From the NCBI GenBank assembly GCA_951406725.2, contig CATOCA020000059.1, positions 1 to 10,597 on the forward strand: a DNA stretch of 10,597 nucleotides, in the 5' to 3' direction. Every line of letters starts with the position of its first letter. Position 1 is the first letter of the stretch. The position numbers were made by a program, and so were the translations under genes. Of the stretch, positions 1 to 9,057 are shown in pieces. This DNA is from Octopus vulgaris. Lineage: Eukaryota. The notes under the pieces are model-generated. The model had not been told where the DNA came from and ran no database searches. It saw only the letters and a program-made list of their open reading frames with translations.

Positions 1-63
1 TTTGGTAGAATTTAAATGCAGAATGTAGAGACAGACAAAATCCTTACGATTCTGACAACTCAC
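1..63 (-). mobile_element. Partial, degenerate family-A tRNA-derived SINE (5' head; cut by window edge)
   Basis: agaatttaaatgcagaatgtagagacagac...acgattctgacaactcac aligns with the head region of the other family-A copies. Confidence 0.55.
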
Positions 64-103
64 ATTCATAATGATAATCATCATCATCATAATAATAATA
101 ATT

Positions 104-492
104 TATTTCTTTATTGCCCACAGGAGGCTAAACATAGAGGGGACAAACAAGGACAGACAAAGGATTAAGCCGATTACATCGATCCCAGTGCATAACTGGT
201 ACTTATTTAATCGACCGCAAAATGATGAAAAGCAAAGTCAACCATGGCAAAATTTGAACTCAGAATGTAAAGACAGATGAAATACCTATTTCTTTACTAC
301 CCACAAGGGGCTAAACACAGAGAGGACAAACAAGGACAGACAAAGGGATTAAGTTGATTATATCGACCCCAGTGCGTAACCGGTACTTATTTAATCGACC
401 CTGAAAGGATGAAAGGCAAAGTCGACCTCGGCGGAATTTGAACTCAGAACGTAAAGACAGACGAAATGCCATTAAGCACTTCACCTGGCATG
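104..492 (-). mobile_element. Family-A SINE, head-to-tail dimer (units ~104-286 and ~287-492)
   Basis: Two ~185 bp direct repeats starting tatttctttattgcccac / tatttctttactacccac. Both contain ggacaaacaaggacagacaaagg, ggtacttatttaatcgacc and aatttgaactcagaa (B-box-like GAGTTCAAATT on the minus strand). Confidence 0.85.
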
Positions 493-495
493 AAA

Positions 496-705
496 GTTTT
501 CAAATTTTGTCAGAAGGCCAGCAATTTTGAGGGAGGAGCTAAGTCAATTACATCGACCCCAGAGTTCAACTGGTAATCATTTTATCAACCCAAAAAGGAT
601 GAAAGCCAAAGTCAACCCTGGCAGAATTTGAACTCAGAACGGAAGGATTGGTAAAATGTCACTAAGCATTTTGCCTGGCGTACAAATGATTCTGCTGGGT
701 CAACA
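496..705 (-). mobile_element. Family-A SINE, near full length
   Basis: aaggccagcaattttg...catcgaccccag...ggatgaaagccaaagtcaaccctggcagaatttgaactcagaac...ctaagcattttgcctggcg...gattctgc; same core as the other copies. It lies about 30 nt from the donor at 736. Confidence 0.85.
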
Positions 706-736
706 CGTTAATGATAATAGGAATAGAAATAGTTAC

Positions 737-905
737 TTTCTGTGACGTAACTCCTACACCGCCTCTAGGAACCTTCATGGATGATAAAAACGTCCAGACA
801 TCTGTCGAAGGATCATATCGTTCCACGGTGTTGAAGCAGGATGTGTCATCCAAACCACCAATGGCGTAGATTGGACCTCCTAAACAGGCCAGGGCAATTC
901 CACGT
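737..905 (-). CDS. KLHL8: KLHL8-like internal exon (169 nt, phase 2-0), kelch repeat 3
   Basis: Acceptor ATATTTTCAG| (AG at 907-906), donor CAGAAA|GTAACT (GT at 736-735). Translates (R)RGIALACLGGPIYAIGGLDDTSCFNTVERYDPSTDVWTFLSSMKVPRGGVGVTSQK; RRGIALAxLGGPIYAIGGLDDxxCFNxVERYD and PRGGVG match recalled KLHL8. Confidence 0.93.
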
Positions 906-1114
906 CTGAAAATATTTTACAAGTCAGTTTGATTAGAATCTTTGACAAATATCACAGAAAAATGTTCAATAATAATACAAGCACTGCATCATTATCATCA
1001 TCATATCACCCTACAGTTCACATGCAAACAAACAAACCAATAAAGGAACCTCTACATAACCATTCAACTGGCAAGAAACAGCAGTCAACTTCTCTCAAAT
1101 CATATTCTATTGCC

Positions 1115-1250
1115 TTAATCTTTTAGCATTCAGACCAACCATAGCCTCCCCAAATATTCTACCAGTTTTAAGTTAAAACTGGCCACATCTGGCCTCTCAC
1201 ACATCTCAAACAATGTCTTTCTAAAACTAAGCTATCACATCATGAAAATA
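1115..1250. mobile_element. Possible truncated MITE/non-autonomous DNA transposon fragment
   Basis: Begins ttaatcttttagcattcag, resembling a recalled octopus repeat with TTAA-CCCTTTAGCATT termini. No second terminus is visible in the window; recognition from memory only. Confidence 0.3.
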
Positions 1251-1285
1251 AGAGAGATATTCCAACAGAAATAGATGTGTTTTAC

Positions 1286-1397
1286 CTGAGGGATCCCATA
1301 GGGGCAATATATGACCACTTGTTTTTGACTGGATCAAACACTTCCCCACTGTTCAGATGTGTGAATCCATCATGTCCTCCAATTGCATAAAGGCGAC
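1286..1397 (-). CDS. KLHL8: KLHL8-like internal exon (112 nt, phase 1-2), kelch repeat 2; absent from the ORF track
   Basis: Acceptor TTATTTTACAG| (AG at 1399-1398), donor CTCAG|GTAAAA (GT at 1285-1284). Translates (G)RLYAIGGHDGFTHLNSGEVFDPVKNKWSYIAPMGSL(R), with the kelch GG, DP and W motifs, in frame with both neighbouring exons. Confidence 0.93.
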
Positions 1398-1633
1398 CTG
1401 TAAAATAATTAGCCAGAAATTAACATTTTTTTTTTTACGTTAAATTGTAATACAAAGTTTTCTTAATTTTATTCATAAATATAATTATTCTCCGGCAGAG
1501 GAGGGAGAACAAATTCTGTAATGGCAGAGTAGATTTGCAGTTTACTCAATATAACACAATTTTAGTAGCAAGCAATTGCGAGGTCAGTACTGTTTCCACT
1601 CTGCTACAGTATTTCTCCAGATGATGAACAATT

Positions 1634-1809
1634 GCTTCTACTATAGACACAGAGGCTGAAAATTTGAGGGAGCAGGGCATAACTGGTACTTATTTCACTA
1701 ACACTAAAAGGATGAAAGGCAAAGCCAACCTCGATAGAATTTAAACTCAGAAGAAATGGTACTAAGCAATTTGCCTGGCATACTAATGGTTTGGCCAGCT
1801 CACAGCCTT
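1634..1809 (-). mobile_element. Family-A SINE with internal deletion
   Basis: ttctactatagacacagaggctgaaaattt...aactggtacttattt...ggatgaaaggcaaagccaacctcg...aatttaaactcagaa...gccagctcacagcctt. Confidence 0.8.
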
Positions 1810-1823
1810 ATTATTATTATTAT

Positions 1824-1867
<44 letters not shown>

Positions 1868-1877
1868 AATAATAATA
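1808..1877. repeat. Compound triplet microsatellite (TTA)n(TAG)n(AAT)n between two SINEs
   Basis: Directly visible; (TAG)n runs from 1824 to about 1865. Confidence 0.95.
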
Positions 1878-2088
1878 GGTTCAAATTTTAGCACAAGGCC
1901 AGCAAGTTTGGGTGGAGGGGCAAGTTGATTACGACCCCAGTATATGACTGGTACTTATTTTATCGACAACTGAAAGGATAAAAGGCAAAGTCAACCTCAG
2001 CAGAATTTGAACTCAGAATGTAAAGATGATTAAAATGCTGCTAAGCATTTGGCCCAGTGTAGCAACGATTCTGCCAGCTCACCTCCTT
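1878..2088 (-). mobile_element. Family-A SINE, full length
   Basis: ttcaaattttagcacaaggccagc...gactggtacttattttatcgac...aaaggcaaagtcaacctcagcagaatttgaactcagaatg...aacgattctgccagctcacctcctt. The minus-strand head GGTGAGCTGGCAGAATCGTT is A-box-like and GAGTTCAAATT is B-box-like. Confidence 0.88.
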
Positions 2089-2165
2089 GATGATGATGAT
2101 GAAAATATTACTGATTTCTGGTTGAAGCACAAGGTCACACGGTTGCAAGGACGAGTATTGGTAGT

Positions 2166-2760
<595 letters not shown>

Positions 2761-3174
2761 AATATTACTGATCCCACCTTGATTTGTATCCAGAATTTAG
2801 AAACACAGACTAAATACCACAAGGCATGAAGCCTGACATAATTAATTCTGTTAATGCACTGTCCTAATGAAATAATAATGAAGCCACAACAAGCAAATGC
2901 AATTAATCTAATCAAGCCTTGTACATGGCTGGCATATATTTTAATCAACCCTTACAAGGAAGGAAGGCAAGCAAAAGTTGGTCGGCATCATTTGAAGGGG
3001 AATCCGAATAAGTTGAAATTAAATAATATAAGGAATTTGATTTTATGCTCAGTTCTTGGGTGGATTTTAGGTTGAACTGATGACTGTTGTATATTAACTA
3101 TGATGTCCCTTGTCAACCAGACAAAATAAGCAGTGATAACGACTACTAGCCAATGATGAAGCCATTAAGCACTT

Positions 3175-3295
3175 GCCTCATCTACTAGAAATAGTAGCCA
3201 ATTCTCAGTGAAAGCCCACTCTACTACATTACGAAAAGGCAGGATAGATTGCATTATATCATTCTAGATACACCACGTCTGAAATAAGGGATTGA
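3175..3295. repeat. Degenerate dispersed repeat (family D), copy 1
   Basis: tctactagaaatagtagccaattctc resembles tgtaccaggaatagcagccaattctc at ~4890-4915, in the same orientation. Confidence 0.45.
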
Positions 3296-3641
3296 CCTAA
3301 ACGCAGAACAGTTGACCTAAATAAGAAGAATACAATAGCTACAGTAGTAAGGTTCGATCTCCTGATGAACATGTCTCCAGAGTTGCTTGTTAATTTCAAA
3401 GCCATTCAAACATTTGGCTTTTCAGGAGGGGAAACACTGGATTACAAACAATTTTTAACTTGAGATACCTGGACTTAACTGATTCTTTATTGTAACAATC
3501 CCAGAAGAACAAAAGGTAGGTTAGGTTAATGAGGTATGAACACAAAATGTAAACATCCTAATTAAACATATCTCATTTGATGACATGGGGTAGATATGAA
3601 TGGACACAGCACACCTGTAGAAGAGAAAACACTGCACTCAC

Positions 3642-3785
3642 CTGAAGCTGCACATACTCCAACATGTCGTCTGCGAGTATTCATTTCAGCAATTGGAAAC
3701 CAGGAATTTTTGCGGTAGTTATAACATTCTATACTCTTGAAAGGGTCACCTGCTGCTCCTCGACCCCCCACACAAAAAAGTACAC
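3642..3785 (-). CDS. KLHL8: Kelch-like protein 8 orthologue, internal exon (144 nt, phase 1-1), kelch repeat 1
   Basis: Minus-strand acceptor TTCTTGTTGCAG| (AG at 3787-3786) and donor TCAG|GTGAGT (GT at 3641-3640). Translates (G)VLFCVGGRGAAGDPFKSIECYNYRKNSWFPIAEMNTRRRHVGVCAAS(G), closely matching recalled vertebrate KLHL8 GVLFCVGGRGGSGDPFRSIECY...W....EMNSRRRHVGV. Confidence 0.93.
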
Positions 3786-3847
3786 CTGCAACAAGAAATA
3801 TTCATATTACTATTATTACTACTAACTTTATTATAACTATTATTGTT

Positions 3848-3992
3848 AGGCAGTATTATAAAAATTGGTAGAGTAGCACACAATGTGTTATGATATAAAG
3901 TTACATCTCTGCATATTGTGAGTTCAAATCTGATGATGGATCAGCTTTATTTTTCATCCTTCTGGGGTAAAAAAAATACCACTCAAGTACTT
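3848..3992 (+). mobile_element. Old family-A SINE in the opposite (+) orientation
   Basis: gtgagttcaaatc...tttcatccttctggggtaaaaaaaataccactcaagtac is the reverse complement of the family-A core. Confidence 0.65.
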
Positions 3993-4043
3993 GTTTCTTC
4001 TGCTGTAATTCCATTCATATTTTGGATGCTTTCTAAGATTATA

Positions 4044-4798
4044 TTTGAGTGACAACTTGTTTTATCAACCTCAGAAAGATGAAAGAGAAAGTTACCCTTA
4101 GCATGATTTGAACTTACAAAGTAAAGTACATGGTCATTTGTTATATAGCTACAAGGACAAAATTTTCGGGGCGGGGGACCAGCAAATGATATCAACCACA
4201 GTGTTTCATTGGTACTTTATTTTAGTGGCCCTGGAGGGAAGAAAAGAAAAGTTAACCTAAGTGTGACTTGAACACAGATTGCAATAAACTGGAACAAAAA
4301 GTGCTATGTAATTTAATCTGATACTCTAACGATTAATAAGGAAAATGACGATGATTACTACTTTGGACACAAAGCCAGCAATCTTGAAGGGTAGGGTAAG
4401 TCAATACCATCAACCCAGCACTTAACGCATACTTTATTTTATCAACCCAGGAGGGATGAAAAGTATAGTTGACCTTGACGGGATTTGAACTCAAAATGCA
4501 AATAGCTAGAACAAATATTGCAAAGTATTTTTCACAACATTAACAATTCTGCCAGCTCACAGCCCTAATAATAACATTTCTCTCTACTATAGACACAAGG
4601 CCTGAAGTTTGTGGGGAGGGGCTAATCAATTACATTGCCCCCAGCACCCAACTGGTATCCATTTCATTGACCCCCAAAACGATGGAAGGCAAAGTCAAAC
4701 TTGGTGAAATTTTAATACAGAATGCAAAAACAAATGAAAAACCATTAAACATTCCCCCCTCCCCACTGTGCTAATGAATCTGTCAGCTCACCATCTTC
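4044..4798 (-). mobile_element. Cluster of four diverged family-A SINEs (~4044-4126, ~4150-4335, ~4360-4567, ~4577-4798)
   Basis: Each contains variants of ttttatcaacc...gatgaaag...aaagt..acc...atttgaac. The last two end in ctgccagctcacagccct and ctgtcagctcaccatctt. Confidence 0.75.
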
Positions 4799-4884
4799 AA
4801 TAATAACAGGAACAATGCTGAATTAGTGGACAGAATAGCGCCCAAGAATAATCAACTGTATATTACTGCAACTCCATGTCATCA

Positions 4885-5260
4885 TTCAGTGTACCAGGAA
4901 TAGCAGCCAATTCTCCTTCAAATTACAATCCACCATCGTAAAAATGGGTAAGATACACATTAGACAATACCACAGTCTTTAATATCCTAACCCCACTACT
5001 TAAAAGAAGAAGAAGGAGGAGAAGAAGAAGAAGAAGAAGAAGAAGAAGAAGAAGAAGAAGAAGAAGAAGAAGAAGAAGAAGAAGAAGAAGAAGAAGAAGA
5101 AGAAGAAGAAGAAGAAGAAGAAGAAAAGAAGAAGAAGAAGAAGAAGAAGAAGAAGAAGAAGAAGAAGAAGAAGAAGATAAATAAAAGGCAGGATGATCGT
5201 GGCTGGAATGCCTTTCCTCATAGGTCTGTTGACCAGAGATGACATAAAACTAAATAGCAA
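4885..5260. repeat. Family-D dispersed repeat, copy 2, apparently interrupted by the (GAA)n tract
   Basis: 5' part resembles 3181-3260. The downstream part gatgatcgtggctggaatgcctttcctcataggtctg matches my recollection of the same octopus repeat; continuity across the tract is inferred. Confidence 0.4.
5004..5177. repeat. (GAA)n/(TTC)n microsatellite, ~174 nt pure purine tract
   Basis: Directly visible, with interruptions at ~5015-5020 (ggagga) and ~5124-5127 (aaaa). Source of the poly-L/F ORF. Confidence 0.98.
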
Positions 5261-5261
5261 T

Positions 5262-5322
5262 AAGTAATAGTTATTTAACAACTGTAAAGTTGACTACAGT
5301 TGGATTTGAACTCAAATTGTAG
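5262..5322 (-). mobile_element. Short family-A SINE remnant
   Basis: gtaaagttgactacagttggatttgaactcaaattgtag resembles gcaaagtcgacctcggcggaatttgaactcagaacgtaa. Confidence 0.5.
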
Positions 5323-5470
5323 ATCAACAGAAAAACTTCACAACATTTAAGCGAACATATATTTGCTAACTGATCACCCAGTATTGAATCCTTAATTGCT
5401 TTTAGAAGGTTTGCTTGAATATTGTGGCTGTCTTCGTCCTATTCTGGCAGAAAACAAAAAAATTAGATGC

Positions 5471-5517
5471 TCTTTTACTGGTTTCAGCCTGTGAGCTGTG
5501 ATCCTGGTGGGGCACTG
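5471..5517 (-). mobile_element. 3'-terminal fragment of a family-B SINE
   Basis: tcttttactggtttcagcc...ctggtggggcactg is reverse-complementary to cagtgctccagcatg...ctgatacaagtaaaaga at 2701-2747. Confidence 0.55.
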
Positions 5518-5544
5518 TCATTTATGGATATCCCTTAGTCCATA

Positions 5545-6291
5545 TCCTTAAGGCTTCCACAGTCAATGTCAACACAATGAAAGGATGGTCAGGAGAAATT
5601 ATTAAAATATTAGAGTGGAGATATATAAATGTGTGCTGTGAGCAAGATGTAAGATGGAGGGAAGCTTCCACCAGACTTTCCATGAGCAAAGAACAAAGGT
5701 ATAAACTCTTCTGGGTAGGTAGCAGTGATGGTATGGTTTGCATAGGCATACTCTTGGCAGAGAAATGGATAAAATAATCAAAGTAGTCAGAGAGAGAGAG
5801 AGAGAGAGTGTGTGTGTGTGTGAGAAAGGTTTGTTAAGCTAAGATGAGTATTAGATAATGCAACAGTAACAATTACCTTGGCATATGTTCCACAAGCTGG
5901 ACTAGCAAATGAACAGAAAAACAGTTTCTAGGAAGCCCTTCTTCATATTATCTCAATACCATAGATGATGTGGTTGATGATTGTAACAGCCATGTTGTGC
6001 AGCATATCAATGGATTTCATGGCATGCATGCAGAGTACAGCTTTGCTTACAGAGATGAGGAGTGAACCAGGCTGTTAGAGTTCTGTGAGGCAAATGCTTT
6101 GTTATTTCTGCAACACTAACTTCAGGAAAACTTACCAGCCACCTAATCAGCCACCAAGCAGGTGGACACACAAGCTAGATTGACAACATTCTCAACAGAA
6201 AATAGGATAGGTATACACTTGTGAATGGAAAGTTCTTTCCTGGTGAAGAATGTACCCTTTACATAGGTTAGTGGTTAGTGACTTCAGACTA
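5545..6291 (+). mobile_element. Decayed non-LTR retrotransposon (RTE-clade-like) apurinic endonuclease domain with stops and frameshifts
   Basis: Pieced translation TVNVNTMKG..EI...CCEQDVRW...YKLFWVG...IGILLAEKW*...LAYVPQAGL...QKNSF*...DDCNSHV...RLLEFCEAN...CNTNFRK..SHLI...IDNIL...FPGEEC..HRLVVSDF follows the APE motif order (NV, QE, GVG, YAP, GDFN, NT, IDY, HRL) typical of RTE/BovB ORFs. Confidence 0.88.
5789..5822. repeat. Compound (AG)10(TG)7 microsatellite inside the LINE remnant
   Basis: Directly visible. Confidence 0.95.
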
Positions 6292-7164
6292 GTCTGAGAT
6301 GCACCAACTAACCTGCACTGCAATAATTAGCCATATATATATATCACCAATGAACTGCTTATGCATGAAGTAACCCAAGATAATGAAATTAATATTTACA
6401 TATTTAATGCATTAGTTAATAAATTAAATGGTAACACTAACTTAATTATCGTTTCTCAAGGGGACCTAGTGATTTACTTTCGTAATATATACTAATTTAT
6501 CCCATCAAATTACATATGATTAATTAATGGTAAAACTGTAATCAGCCTGGTCACAGGTGTTCTGAAAAGCATTAAATATCTCTTTTAGCTTGAATAGAAG
6601 TTGTGATGTTCACACATTTTCATAAAAAGACTAGCAGAATGAGTCAAGCAGTTTTAACACACCGAAAACTCATCACTTTACCACAGCAGATGTTAAATAT
6701 CTGGATGAAGTAACTACAAGACAGATTTTTAAATGCCATACACGCACAAAGTTTTAAAGTTGGTGAAGAAAATTCTGAATTATTTCTTATAACAATGACT
6801 TTCTTTAGTTTTCATATTTGAGTGACAAATGTAATGTTTTAAGTCAATAAGGGTAGTGGATGACCTTGTTGAAATGTTGGTGGTTCTTTATCAACGATCG
6901 GTCATGTGGTCAGGACACTTGATACTCAAATGGCTCAGTTTACTTGGCTGTAGTTAGGCATTAATGGAAGGAACACTCTACTTATCATAAGGTACAAAGC
7001 AAGGCACAGAATGTTTTAAGTCTGCTACCAGAAAATAGTTAATTAAGGAACTTTTAACAAGGGTTCTGAAGTAGATTGAGAAAGAAACAAAAATGCCAGT
7101 CAATGGCTTCATGATTTTATACAGATTAGAGATCATTCTTTCCATAGACAGAAGGTATACATAT

Positions 7165-7554
7165 CTTTTATCTTTTCTTTCAGTCATTTGACTTCAGCTA
7201 TGCTGGGGCACTGCCTTGAAAGGTTTTAGTCAAACAAATCAACCCCAGGATTTTTTTAAAACCTAATACTTATTCTATTGGTCTCTTTTGCCAAACTGTT
7301 AAGTTATGGGAATGTAAACACACCAACACCAGTCGTCAAACAGTGGTGAAGGACAAATGTAGACACAAAGACCCCACACACACACGCACACATATATGCC
7401 GGAATTCTTTCAGTTTCCATCTACCAAATCTACTCACAAGGCTTTGGCCTGCCCATAGCTATAGAAGACACTTGTCCAAGGTGCCACACAATGGGATTGA
7501 TCTCAGAACCATGTAGTTGGGAAGCAAGCTTCTTACCACACAGCTATGCCAGTG

Positions 7555-7557
<3 letters not shown>
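7165..7557 (-). mobile_element. Family-B CORE-like SINE, full length, with a short internal (CA)/(TA) tract
   Basis: 7405-7430 ttctttcagtttccatctaccaaatc is the exact 26/26 reverse complement of 2287-2312. cttcttaccacacagc matches the head at ~2179-2194, and gacacttgtccaaggtgccac is the CORE-like segment. Confidence 0.85.
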
Positions 7558-7584
<27 letters not shown>

Positions 7585-7587
<3 letters not shown>

Positions 7588-7845
7588 TCATCATCATCAT
7601 CATCGTTTAACGTCCGTTTTCCGCGCTAGCACGGGTTGGACGGTTCGACCGGGGTCTGGGAAGCCAGGGGCCGCTCCAGGCTCCAGTCTGATTCTGGCAG
7701 AGTTTCTACGGCTGGATGCCCTTCCTAACGCCAACCACTCCGTGAGTGGATTGGGTGCTTTTTACGTGCCACCTGCACAGGGGCCGGGGGTCCGGCATCG
7801 GTCACGATCGGTTCGAGCTTTTAACGTGCCAGGGACACGGGGGCA
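7585..7845 (-). mobile_element. Family-C retroposon 3' part with (ATG)n tail; CpG-rich, likely young
   Basis: (CAT)6 then cgtttaacgtccgttttcc...gggttggacgg...ggctggatgcccttcctaacgccaaccactcc...gtgctttttacgtgccacc, with a second gcttttaacgtgcc subunit at ~7817-7830. The short-repeat tail resembles those of RTE-mobilised SINEs. Confidence 0.8.
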
Positions 7846-7953
7846 ACGGGATGCGGGGTAGAGTTGAGTTGGGGGGTCCAGCTGAGAAAGGTTTCACCAG
7901 TGAAAAGAGAGGGAGAGATAGTAAAGGGGTGCAGGTAATATAGGGGAGCACCA

Positions 7954-8131
7954 GTGGGGAAGGTTGGGGGAGGAGGAACGATGGCAGGAAGGGTTGGTGA
8001 AGGTTCGTAAGAAATATAAACGTAGGATGTGTATATATATATATGGGTAGGTGTGGGGAAGGTTGGGTGGGTAAGGAGGAACGATGGCAGGAAGGGTTGG
8101 TGCAGGTTCGTAAGAAATAAAAACGTAGGAT
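7954..8131. repeat. ~75-79 bp direct duplication (7954-8028 and 8053-8131) separated by a short (TA)n spacer
   Basis: gtggggaaggttggg...aggaggaacgatggcaggaagggttggtg[a/c]aggttcgtaagaaata[t/a]aaacgtaggat occurs twice. Confidence 0.92.
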
Positions 8132-8346
8132 ATTACGAGGCATGGAGGGGACTGGAAGGAGATAGTAGGATTGAGGCAGTGTCAGATTCAAAACAGGAGG
8201 AAGTGTAAGATCAGAGGGCGGTTGATGAGCTGAGACGCTAGCAGCTTGTCTTTTCTCAGTGAAAGCATATGAGGAGAAGGGGTAGGAAGGGGTGGTGGGG
8301 GAGGAGGAGGGAGTATCCGGTGTAGATGGTGAGAACAGTGTTCACC

Positions 8347-8949
8347 GGTATTGGTGGTATTGGCGGTGGGGGGGTATTGGTGGTGGGGGTGGTATTGGTG
8401 GTGGTGGGGGTGGTATTGGTGGTGGGGGTGGTATTGGTGGTGGGGGGTGGTATTGGTGGTGGGGGTGGTATTGGTGGTGGGGGTGGTATTGGTGGTGGGG
8501 GTGGTATTGGTGGTGGGGGTGGTATTGGTGGTGGGGGTGGTATTGGTGGTGGGGGTGGTATTGGTGGTATTGGTGGTGGGGGTGGTATTGGTGGTGGGGG
8601 TGGTATTGGTGGTGGGGGTGGTATTGGTGGTATTGGTGGTATTGGTGGTGGTATTGGTGGTGGTATTGGTGGTATTGGTGGTATTGGTGGTATTGGTGGT
8701 GGTATTGGTGGTATTGGTGGTGGTATTGGTGGTATTGGTGGTGGTATTGGTGGTGGTATTGGTGGTATTGGTGGTGGTATTGGTGGTATTGGTGGTGGTA
8801 TTGGTGGTATTGGTGGTGGTATTGGTGGTGGTATTGGTGGTATTGGTGGTGGTGGTGGTATTGGTGGTGGTATTGGTGGTATTGGTGGTGGTATTGGTGG
8901 TATTGGTGGTATTGGTGGTGGTATTGGTGGTATTGGTGGTGGGGGTGGG
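8347..8949. repeat. G-rich minisatellite: 18-mer GGTATTGGTGGTGGGGGT units grading into 9/12-mer (GGT)2-3ATT units
   Basis: Directly visible; the units contain no stop codons, which explains the six overlapping low-complexity ORFs. Confidence 0.96.
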
Positions 8950-9057
8950 AGGGCGGGCGCACCGCGCAATGGGAGAAGATGAGATTTTTAGGCGGCAGAA
9001 AGAAAGACAGGATTTGAGATGGAATGCTTTGCGATCGTGATATATATATATATATGT

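Noticed and set aside
104-705. Repeated ~190 bp units as a possible CRISPR or other repeat-spacer array
   Set aside because: The units are long, diverged SINE copies with pol III box-like motifs. There are no short identical repeats with unique spacers, no cas genes, and the context is eukaryotic.
1995-2088. tRNA-like A/B boxes as possible tRNA genes (also 2166-2235)
   Set aside because: No cloverleaf or acceptor stem is evident, and they continue into SINE bodies.
5000-5281. Poly-L/F hydrophobic ORF
   Set aside because: Translation of the (TTC)n tract.
5577-5777. 66 aa ORF as an independent small gene
   Set aside because: It is a surviving fragment of the decayed LINE endonuclease, followed by stops and frameshifts.
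6880-6960. Possible remnant of another SINE (ggtcaggacacttgatactc...cagtttacttggctgtag)
   Set aside because: Similarity is too weak and there is no second copy in the window.
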